In this document: positions 12,590 to 22,660 of the stretch, one piece after another
How positions within the stretch are numbered: the stretch's first letter is position 1
Layout of the letters: the number at the start of each line of letters is the position of its first letter
From: Podarcis gaigeae
Lineage: Eukaryota
NCBI GenBank assembly: GCA_964106915.2
Contig: OZ066919.1
Reading direction: 5' to 3' (one strand)
Length of the DNA: 64,000 nt
Program-made: the position numbers and the translations under genes
Notes under the pieces: model-generated
Databases searched by the model: none
What the model was told of the DNA's origin: nothing
What the model saw: the letters and a program-made list of their open reading frames with translations, nothing else

Positions 12590-12780
12590 CGATAGTGCAT
12601 GACAACGCCCTTTGATTTACATTCTTGCTGGCAGAAAGAAAGGTCAAAGGCCAAGTTCTTCGTTTTCATAGAAAACTAATTAGACGACTCCATCGACACT
12701 GAATCAATAAAACTGATCAGGTGATTACACAGAGGGAGCCATTAAAATCCCTATGACCTTTGATCTCAAGTCCCTAACCT
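12590..12780. promoter_or_regulatory. Putative enhancer between the DMAP1 and ERI3 3' ends
   Basis: Two CTTTGAT (TCF/LEF) sites, TGATTTAC, two DR1-like motifs and CTAATTAG within 170 bp. Confidence 0.5.
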
Positions 12781-13859
12781 GAGGTGGGAAAGGCTCAGTT
12801 ATATTCTCTAGTGCTTGGAGGACAAACCTTTCAAAGTGAGATGGACTGGCCTACAAGGCTTCAGTGGGTGGTGGTGGACACAGGCTTTGCTGACTCTGCT
12901 GGCTGTATCTGGTATGTTCTCATTTCAACCCCTACTGCATGAATGGTTGTGTGGATGGAAAGGCATGGCAGACAGAAAAAGGGTTGATAAGGCAATTACT
13001 TCTGCAGGGGTGCCATAAAGAGAGAGGTGGCCCTAACTGGAACAGACCCCCAAACTTTTCACTGCTACAATGGGAGGGGAAAGAGCAGAGACCAACACTG
13101 AAAGGGGATAGTGATTTATTTGGGGCTTTGTCTTAAGCTACGGAGTCAATTAGTATGTTCTCCAAGCAGCTTGCTTTGTTTTCAATCTCCCATTTGTCAT
13201 TGTTGTCTAAATCATAAAAGACTGTTCACATTGGTGCATAAGCCATCTTAGGTCATGTAGCACTAAACAAACATTTGGTAATTATTCATTGGCCTTCTGT
13301 GTTCAAGTTTATTTGACTTATATAAAATGAGTCATGATTTTTTTAACATGTAGCTCCAGGCTTTGCTCTGTTTTACATGGTATATTGTCGTAGCTAATGG
13401 AGAGAAAAGGATGGGAAACTATATAAACTTCAACAGGGGCCAGTATCTAGAGCTGAGTATTGCCCTCTGTGAGCACCACTTCTACCTGCAGATTGGGGAG
13501 GCTGCATGAGCCAAAGTGTTCTCCTGTGGCCCAAGCAGCCTATGAACTTTGTGTGCTAAGCATCCTTGAGGATGCAATGAGCTGAGGTGATAAGATGTAA
13601 ATATTTGGCTTCTTCAGGGTCCTCCTTTCATTGAGGGGCCCTTCAGTAATGTTAAACAGATGGTATGAAAACATTTTAATGGTGCCCACAGATTGGCAGT
13701 GGGTGCAAATACCACTTTCAGCAAAACTCAGCTCTACCTGGGAGCTCCAAATCTAAAAGGTGTCAAATACAAGTTCCACTTGCTAAGGAAGAAGCAGGAT
13801 CAAACTTTAAGGTTCCTGCTTCTTCCTTTGCAGCTGTATTTTTGCCTGACATCACATTA

Positions 13860-14207
13860 CAGTGGTGCCCCGCAAGACGAATGCCTCACAAGACGAAAAA
13901 CCCGCTAGACGAAAGGGTTTTCCGTTTTGGAGGCGCTTCGCAAAACGAATTTCCCTATGGGGTTGCTTCACAAGACGAAAAAATCTTGTGTCCCCCGGCG
14001 GTTTTTTTTTTGCTTTCTTTGCCCTTTTCCTAAGCCGCTAATCAGCTGTTCCGCTGATAAGCCGCTTAACAGCTGATCGCTGGAAGCCGCTTGACAGCTC
14101 TAGCACTAATCCGCTAAGCTGTCAATGGGCTTGCTTCGCAAGACGAAAAAACTGCTAGACGAAGAGAATCGCGGAACGAATTCTTTTCGTCTAGCGAGGC
14201 ACCACTG
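13860..14207. mobile_element. Tc1/mariner (pogo/Tigger-like) MITE, 348 bp
   Basis: TIRs CAGTGGTGCCCCGCAAGACGAA / TTCGTCTAGCGAGGCACCACTG with TA on both sides. CpG-rich. Confidence 0.92.
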
Positions 14208-15404
14208 TATGTCAGGTGTGAGGCAGGTGAGTGTGACTTGGACAAAATGGCCCCTGAGGCCTGATTAGGGCTGTGGGCTGGAGGTTTCCCACCCGGTGTA
14301 GAGCACAGGGCAGGAGGCTAACTATTGTGAAGGAAAGTATGACCTATTCTCAAGATACTTTCCTGGGGAAGAACTAATAAGGAAGCAGCTTTTGTTTTGG
14401 CTACAGATGGGGAATATGTGGGTGATTTTCTCTCATGAAGGTACATGATACTTGTGTCACAAAACAATCCCAGAACGCAAATCCATTTAAGGATGGGAGA
14501 AACATCTGTGCAGTTACTGCCAGATTACATGGGCAGTTGAAGAGGTATTGGGAAAAGGAGTTTACTTAGCAGCATATTTCAGATAAAGCCTCCCCCCGGC
14601 CCCACTCCCTTACAGCATACAAGGAGCCAAAGGAGCCAGGTTCCTTTCCCCCAAACTTTATTCATGTGGCACATTTACAGCAAGGATGGGAATAACGAGC
14701 CAATGAGGAGGTCAGGTTGGGTTCAGCTGGAACATCCACACACCATGCATTATTTACCGGTAAGGCCCAGTGCCTGTATCAGCTCACAGCCTGACTCTTG
14801 GTGTGGCTCCCAGGTAGGTGGCAGCTGGAGCCTATCCATCTGGGGATCCATTCAGCAAAAGCTAGGGCAGAAGGTTTCAGGAAAATACTGAGCTGGGAGA
14901 GGGCGATTCATTCTTTATTTCCGTCTTCCCATACTGGACCAAGGTGATGGGAATAGGATAGGAAGAATAGGCCACACCTCTCAAAGCAACAAGTCAGTTG
15001 CAGCCGTTGTAGGAGGAGAAGGAAGTCAGGTGAGCAAAGGGGCAGTAACAGAGATGTCAGTCAATTTGCAGATCCCTGCTGGGTAATGGGAACACAGCCC
15101 CCTGCTGGGCTAGCAGTAATGGGCACGTCCACTGCCTGCAATGGACTGCATGCTCCATAGGGGGGCCATGCGCAAGTGCAGGGTGGATGCACAGTAGGGT
15201 TCCCCATGTTCGGAGGAGGCATGAGCAAGGGATCACAGGGTTCAAGAAATGCAGGACATGGCGATGAGCATCAGCCAGGATGCTCCTGCCTACGATAACC
15301 CCTGCTGAATGGAGCCCCAGGGAGATAGGTGGCTCTTGGTGGGCAGGGAATACAGGCACTTTACCTTGAACAGAAAGAGCCGAGCTTCCTCAGATCACAT
15401 ACAG

Positions 15405-15982
15405 AAGGAATCAGAGGGTTAGTGTTTATTCAAAACAGAAGGGAAGGAGGGAAGAAGCCTGCCGAAGGGGGAGGGGGGGCTGTCTGGATGCTGCTCAGTC
15501 AATATTTAGCTGACACGCAGGAGACACAGTAACAGATTCACACAGGAAAAGGGGAGGGGGGCTTGACCGCGGTTGTTGCGATATTGGACTCAAAGTAATA
15601 AGGGCGAGTGCCCCAAACATGGCGCCACGGTCTTGCTACAGGCGCAAATATGAGCAGAGAGAGAGAGAAAGATGCCAATGGAAATCGGAAGCCAACAAAA
15701 GGGAAAACAATCTACGTCTCTAACCATGTGGAGCAAGCGCCCTAGGGGGCTGCAGGCTGGGCCAGGCTGGGCAGGCAGCCGGCCCCAGAGAGGGAGTCAC
15801 GTCAGGCCTACACAGAGATTCCAGTTCCATATATACAGCCTCTACTGGCAGAACAGCAAAACTGACGGAGTCGTGGGGTTGCTCGTTCCTCTGTCCTCTT
15901 TCTGTCGTTCGAATGCTCCAGCCCATCACGCCCAGGTAGCAGGAGCCGGCCGCATGCAGCCCTGTCTGGCCGGCCCCAGAGA
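15405..15982 (-). other. ERI3: ERI3 3' UTR (cleavage site approximate)
   Basis: Lies between the stop codon and the first minus-strand AATAAA. Confidence 0.7.
15425..15430 (-). terminator. ERI3 polyadenylation signal AATAAA
   Basis: tttatt on the + strand, about 550 nt downstream of the ERI3 stop. Confidence 0.75.
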
Positions 15983-16065
15983 TCAAAAGGGCTTGGAGGT
16001 CTGCTTGAAGATGAACCCTCTGTGAGCCAGTGTCTTCATGATGTTGGCAATGTTCTTGCAGTCAT
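15983..16065 (-). CDS. ERI3: ERI3 (DEDDh 3'-5' exoribonuclease) last coding exon ((D)DCKNIANIMKTLAHRGFIFKQTSKPF*)
   Basis: The minus strand reads ccctttcttcctctgaccggcAG|AT GAC TGC AAG AAC ATT GCC...AAG CCC TTT TGA. This matches the ERI3 C-terminus as recalled, and the tail-to-tail DMAP1/ERI3 synteny is known in amniotes. Confidence 0.96.
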
Positions 16066-16267
16066 CTGCCGGTCAGAGGAAGAAAGGGCGTGAGAACAGT
16101 CATGTTATTCTTCTTCTTATTTATTTCATTTCTATACCATTTCATATTTTAAAGAAAAATCTCAAAGCGGTTTACAGAATATTAAAACATAAATAAAACC
16201 ATGTTGAATTGGACAGGTACAAAAATGCTTGGAAAAAAGGATCACACACATACCCCATACTTATAGG

Positions 16268-16339
16268 CAGTGCTTTGCTTCTAGAAAAAAAGCTGCCAGT
16301 ATTGGGTATCCTTGAGTACCCCCAGGAAAAAACCCACTG
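16268..16339. mobile_element. Minimal hAT-like MITE, 72 bp
   Basis: CAGTG...CACTG termini and a near-perfect 8-bp TSD CTTATAGG/CTCATAGG. Confidence 0.7.
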
Positions 16340-16491
16340 CTCATAGGCATACAACAATCCACACATAAATGCTGACCTTTCGCAGACATATGTGCCCATA
16401 AGCATGCATGCATGCAAACACCTCTATGATTCATGCACACCCTAAATGTGCTGTGGTAGTACTGGCAGCATGGAATGTGCTTCTTGTCTCT

Positions 16492-16731
16492 GGGCTCGTC
16501 CACACTTCTGCTTGTCCCACCACTTTCCCCTGGGAAAACCCGCTCTTTACCACTGAATCGGAGCAAATGCCAGTCAGGATTTTGGCATGTTGATGTTTGC
16601 TCTGATTCAGAGGTAAAGAGTGGGTTTTCCTGGGGAAAGAGGCAAGGCAAATGGAAAGCTGCTCAGAGCTGTGCCTAAAAAGCATGGGACAAGCAGAAAG
16701 CCTCTTGGAAAGCTGAAGTGTGGACGAGCCC
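16492..16731. mobile_element. Palindromic MITE (PIF/Harbinger-like termini)
   Basis: Perfect 17-bp TIR GGGCTCGTCCACACTTC / GAAGTGTGGACGAGCCC and an internal ~48-bp-arm inverted repeat (16523-16570 / 16591-16639). TSD not clear, so the superfamily is tentative. Confidence 0.8.
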
Positions 16732-19369
16732 TTTGTTTCAGCCCTACTTAAGCTTCCTGACTGTGGCAAGTAGATCTTCACGGTGCATTCTGCCATTTCC
16801 AATAAAGTGGGGTATGGTTTAATTCAGTTTTACAGCCCTCCTCCAACTAGCCTAGACTGCATCCTTTTACTGCTTGGCTGTGCCCCCACCCACATGCATA
16901 AGCTCTGGGAGTTTCCAGTAGGTCCCAGCTTTTGAAAAATGGAAGACCACTGCTTTAGAGCAAGGCTGCAATATACCAGCTACTCATTTTTGTATCAATT
17001 CAAGTGGAACAACTACTTCCTCTTCGAAACAGGAATAATATGGCATGTGGTAATCCTGATATGATATAATTGAGGCTAGGTCTAGCCTCAATTTAGTATT
17101 TTAGGAGATTTTTCATTTCATATCTCATAAAAATACATACAGATAATATGAGAACACAAAGCATACATTGCTGGTTTGTATTATTTAATTTGTTTTATAA
17201 CATTAGAAATATAGTTAAATAGAAGTTTGGAATTTCTCACTTCAAAGAGAAATGAACAAGGAGCAGTTTTGTATGACTGTACAGCTTTGGGAGTTATATT
17301 GACCACTTGAAAATTGAAAAATTTTAGTTTTGTGAGCAGGGACACATCCTATTGGGGGAAAACACATTCTGTAACACCGGGTGGCCCTGCTGATTTCTAG
17401 CGTTGGAGCATGCATATCTTAGTTGCTAGTCCTAAATGCCAGATTGACCACAAAAGAAAGAGAACAAACCATACAATGGTTGCGCTCCACTATAATAACA
17501 CTAAACCTGTGGAGGGATCTAATAACACTCTTTAGACAAGGGCCTGGTGGGCAAAATGTCCACATTTCAAATTCTGAGGAAGTGCTATGGGTGCCAGCCA
17601 CAAAATGGCTGCCATGGGAGCATGGCCTAACACAAAACTAGAGCATAGTTATTGCTGCTTTCCCCCACCCCCAAGACAACCTCAAGTTTTCCATGGGAAG
17701 TGAGCTATGTCCTGCTGGTTCTGATATTGACCCCCTCTCTGTGATACTGTTGCTGTCTAATAACAATAGGGAGCATTCCCCAGTACCAGGAAAAATATAC
17801 AGGGTGGCCACAACACACTCTTGCACACGCATCACATGCACACATTCACCATACACATACAGACATGCACACATCCCCCATTCACTACATCCACATTGCA
17901 AGCCCATCTTTCCCCATCTCTCAGCCCAAATGCATCTTTCCTTCTCTCCCTCACCACATTCATATATACTCCCATCTCCCCCCCACATACACCTCTCCCC
18001 AACTGCACCTTTCTCAGTCACACACAGAGCATGCTTGAGCAATCCACCCACCCACCCATTCAGAAAAGGCTATCCACAAGCAAAGAGAGTGCCTACCATT
18101 TCAATCCCCGCCCAACCTAAATAAAACAAATATTCACGGGGGTCACCAGCCCCACCACCTGCAGGCATCGGGCATTGGGGAGGGAGAAGGAAGGCTTTGT
18201 GGGTGCTGTGGGGCCCACAGGGGCCGGGTTGGCAGTCCCAGCATTAGAGCGACTCCATCAATATAGTAAAGACGAAGAAAAGGGCTCAGCTCCATGGACT
18301 CAGCTGTGTTACTGTTCTACCAAGATATCTTGAATTAGGTGTGCAAAAGATTTTGATGATGATTTAAGCAAATTTCCCTGCAAAATGCCCTTTATTTATA
18401 CAAAATGAAAAATTGCAAATCAACATAATTTGTTTTTGGTTTTTTGACAAAACAAAGGGGGCAGGGGTTTGGAGACATGAAAGGAAGCTGTGAAGGGGAA
18501 ATTCCCCCTCACATTCTCTAAATGTTTGAAATAAAAGATAAAACTCCTGGCAACACCACTCATCTATTTTTTCATCCTGAAGCATTATCAGAAACTGCTC
18601 GCATTTCTTTCTTTTCAAAAACAAACAATGAGGGATAGAAACATGCTTTTAAAGTTGCATTTCAGATTTTCTAGATTCTAGGTTCTGTACTGCACTACAC
18701 ACTAAATAAAAAGCCTTGATTAGGGCAACAGCTATAAACGTAGGTTTCCTGCACACTTTTGGTGTGGACTTTCATCACAGGTCCCCACTAGTTCCAGTCC
18801 AGCTCTTGCACCTTTCCTCATCTTTTATATTGGAAGGATGACAGAAGGATGGACCGGTAAGTGGAGCAAGCTCCATTCTCTTCTGAACTAACAGGGAAGC
18901 AGGGTTGGGCTGGCTGGCATTATTTACCTGGGACTAAACGCAAGCAGAGTTTGCTAAAATAGAAGCAAGCCTTAAATTGATTCCTGGTGTCTATATTTCA
19001 TGTTGAAAATTGGCTTGTAAATCCATGTTTTGATCTATGGTGGCCGTCTCCTTAAGAAAAAGCAAGAGTAAATGTGTAATTTCTCCCTTGACAGCACACG
19101 GTGGCGAGGCGATCCTTCTTCCCGCTCCCCTCCGACTCGGGACAGCTCCGCTGCCTCCCATCAGCACTCTTTCTTCCTCGCCCCACGCCTTGATGTCTCC
19201 ATTTCATTAGTGTGCGCCCATTCATCACGCTGTTACCGTAAGGGTGACTTTGCCCACTTGCATGTGGCAGGCAGGGCCTGGATGACATGGGGTGGCGCTG
19301 CCACTCTGACGGGGGGAGGGAAGCAGAACACCCACCCACACCCCTGCTAGTAAATGGATGTTGTGGCAG

Positions 19370-19600
19370 AAGGACAGCTGCATCATTACTGATGTGTAAA
19401 TGATAAAGCAGCGCCTCCACATCCGTCTCTTAACTGTAAATCCAGGGAGTGCTTTATAATCAAGCGGCAGCGATAATAATGTGAAATTAGGTCTCTCTAT
19501 CAAAGGGGGGAGGCCTTTTAATCACGGCTTAAAGGGTGCAAGCGCTGTTTATCATAATTGAACTGTATCCGGGCTAATTGTGGCCATATTTCACTGTCTA
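19370..19600. promoter_or_regulatory. Putative conserved enhancer (ERI3 intron)
   Basis: ATCAAAG (TCF) at 19499-19505, TTAATC, TAATTG twice, CAGCTG E-box, many CpGs. Confidence 0.5.
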
Positions 19601-20038
19601 GGAGACAGGCACACCGACTGAGGAATGAACGCCAGGGGCCGAATGGAGCAGGAAGCTGCCACCCAACCTGTCTTGGCCCCAAAGTGCAGGAGCTTGAGTA
19701 TTTGGGGAGGGTGTCAACAGATACACGAAACAGCCCCCCATCTACCTTCCCCCTGCTTAACCTATTGAATGCTGGTAGCACAACTGGGGGGAAACAGATG
19801 GCATTCTACCGTTCAACTGCGTTGGGAGTTTACACAGCTAGGCTAACAAAACCAATAATTTTTTTATCAAAAGCAACTAGAAGATGAAAATTCTGTGTTA
19901 AAAAAAATGGAAATCGGCATACACCAAGGTGCATAAATTAGTCAGATTGGTAACAGCTGCAAAGAAGCAGCAGGATCACCACAGAAATGGGAGGGGGGCA
20001 AGGGATCTTATATAATGAGCAGAGCTTGCCCATTTGCA

Positions 20039-20124
20039 ATGCAACCCTTACCATGTCTACTCAGGAGTAAGTCCTATTGAATTCAGTGAGGCTTACATCT
20101 AGGTAAGTGGGGATAGGATTGCAG
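20039..20124. mobile_element. Short palindromic squamate repeat (decayed MITE-like)
   Basis: tgcaaccct..tctactcaggagtaagtcctattgaa / ttcagtgaggcttac..aggattgca, an imperfect hairpin. Confidence 0.55.
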
Positions 20125-21494
20125 AAAAAAGTCAGAAGAGCTAAGATACCCTTCTGTAAGAGTACCCTGGAGAGTAAGATAGATTGCAATGGAACATGTT
20201 ATGTGGTGTGTAGCTGCAAGTAGTCAAATAGCTGAAGCTGTAGGCTATTTTTGGCCTCCTCAACACTTAATTTGCTCTGTTTATGAGTTTGAGGCACACC
20301 CCAAAAAGAATTGGGTGGGGGAACATCCACCAGCTTCACGTCTCACCCACGCTCAGCCAGAACACATTCAAAACAGGGATTGGCCATATCTGCAACAAGT
20401 CAATACTAGTATCACTTTCACCAAACTTACTGATCTTCAATCAGAAGGAAGGGCATAAAGATAGAAGTTTGGCCATGTGCACACCTGAGCATTAGCTGCT
20501 TCCTAGTACAGCTATCGGGCAAAGTCTCAATGGCTGAAATACAAAGCAAATAGATCCACTTCTAGATGTACAAAATGTCTGATTATCTGCTGGACATTAG
20601 TCCCATAACTTCTCTGCCTTGTACAAAGTCTAATGGCTCGTCAAATCCGTGGTGATGTTCAACATTCTTGCAGTATGTTTTTCTACCTGAAGAGCTCTGA
20701 TTCTTCTCTGCCCTTGAAAACATCTCATTGATTTCCAGCTAAAGAAACCTGTGTTGTCAGGAATTGCGGAGGGTATCTCTGAGGGGTTCATATTCTTGGA
20801 ATCTATGGGGGAAAGCAGACCACCACCAATGGTTTCTCTTGATATGTGAAAAGATTTTTAAAGGGGCAAAAAACCCTTAAACAATGGACCCTGGTAAAAA
20901 CTTGGTTTACAATTATAGGCAAAACTGAGGAACCACTATGACTTAGTGGAACAGAAACATAGACCTGGTTCTGTAAACTCCGTATGTTCCATCTTCTCTT
21001 GAGAGATCTCCTTATCTGATTAGATAGAAACATCAAGAGTCTCAAGCCTATTGCTTGTCTACAGTGGGACTTCCTCTTTCATACACCCTCTGGAACCTGC
21101 TCTTTCATGCCCCTAGTGCCTGTTGAAGGGGATACTGCAGGCTATCTTTCCAGATGTTCTTTCATTAACCTCTATAGTTGGCCTAAACTGACCTACCTGC
21201 TCAGCCACTCGTAATTTCCTCAGTGGGTACACACAATGAAAACATCTGGGGAGGGGGATTCTTGCTTCCAAAGCTCACTGTTTTGGTTGCTCCCCTGTGG
21301 ACCATCTTCGGTTTATATTGTCTTCTCTCTCTGTATGCCCCTTGACTGAATCCATACTGACCTTTCTACATCAAATGTTGAACTTTGATCCCCACCACCC
21401 GACCATTGTCCAAACTGGGGGTTGTCATCCAATACCTGAGCACCCAAGGCAGGAGAAAACACCTGAGGATCCAAGGCAGAGGAAGTCTGCCTTA

Positions 21495-21615
21495 AGATTC
21501 TCTTATCTTAGCTGCAAACCCTCTTCTGCAATATGGTGATAACTATACTGGTCTAATTCATAGGGCTGTTGTAAAGATTATTGAGATACTGTACAGGAAG
21601 AGTTCTAAACACCTG
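21495..21615 (+). mobile_element. MIR/CORE-like SINE remnant
   Basis: tctgcaatatggtgataactatactg...cataggg ctgttgtaaagatta resembles the CORE segment. Confidence 0.5.
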
Positions 21616-22309
21616 GAATACATTACCCTATTTACTATAGTAATTATTATACATAGCATCCCAGTACAAGTGGCAGTCTGAATGAGATCACCAAAGATGG
21701 GCAATAGACAAATCTCCATACAGATTATATTAGGTCTCCAGTAGCTAGAAGTGATCAACTGGAAGTACCCTAATGTGGGTAATGTTCTGCTACGCATTTC
21801 TACTAAAAGATCCAGAATTAATCTGAATACTCACACATCAAGTTCTTTGATTTCTGACATCATATTGCAACTTGCATGTGTGAAACAGTCATCACAGATT
21901 GAATGCTACAGTCAGAGCTTTCATATTGCCCTACATCTCCCATTAAAAAAGTTTTCAATGTAGGCAATTCACAAATTTGCCTGGGAGCAACAGGTCAAGT
22001 GAGAATCTACTACATAACACACATGTGAAATAAATTTCCATTGCAGGAAGATTCAGGATACTAAGCCAATTGCATGACCCAGTGTGACTGTTCTCAGTTT
22101 CTTGCCATCTGTGGGCTATTCTTTCTGGGCAAATTTACTCTGGCTATGACCACATCCTGTCCCATTTGTTGTGTTAGTGCAAAGAAAGCCAAGCTGCCAG
22201 CCCTCCCACCCGGGACACTCTTTTGTGCCCCTCTATCTTAAACCAGACTATGCCAGGTGTGTTTCAGACACTTGGTACAGGTGGCTCCTAACAAGCCATT
22301 GCAAAGCTC

Positions 22310-22660
22310 ACTTGCCACAAGTCATTTAGCAAGACTGACTTCAAATCAGCACGAAGGTAAACACGCTTATTACAATTATCCGTGTACAAAAAAATCAACA
22401 ACAGCCGAACAACTTTCTAATATGCAATTACAGCCGCTTATTGATTTTACAATGTAATCCGCTCCGATTGATTTAATAACACAATTATAGGCTGGCTCCC
22501 GGGATATTAGTGCGGGAGATTTTCATAAACTCCAAAGCAAAAAACTAAGCGGCTTTTAAAACAACACCGTCAGATGGCTGTTTGGGGAATTATTAGCCAT
22601 ATGAAATCTCCTAAATCTCCTCGTTGTTACCTTGAAAGAGTATTTTCTACAAAAATGGCA
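22310..22660. promoter_or_regulatory. Putative conserved enhancer (ERI3 intron)
   Basis: Repeated CAATTA, TAATCC, GTAAACA (forkhead), CAGATG E-box. CpG-retaining AT-rich block. Confidence 0.55.

Noticed and set aside
13860-14207. CRISPR-like spaced repeats (AGACGAA units)
   Set aside because: The units are ~11 bp, irregularly spaced, and bounded by TIRs with a TA duplication. This is a MITE in a eukaryotic genome.
17638-18124. His/Pro/Thr-rich 137-143 aa ORFs
   Set aside because: They are produced by CA-rich low-complexity sequence that lacks stop codons, with no exon signals or homology recognised.
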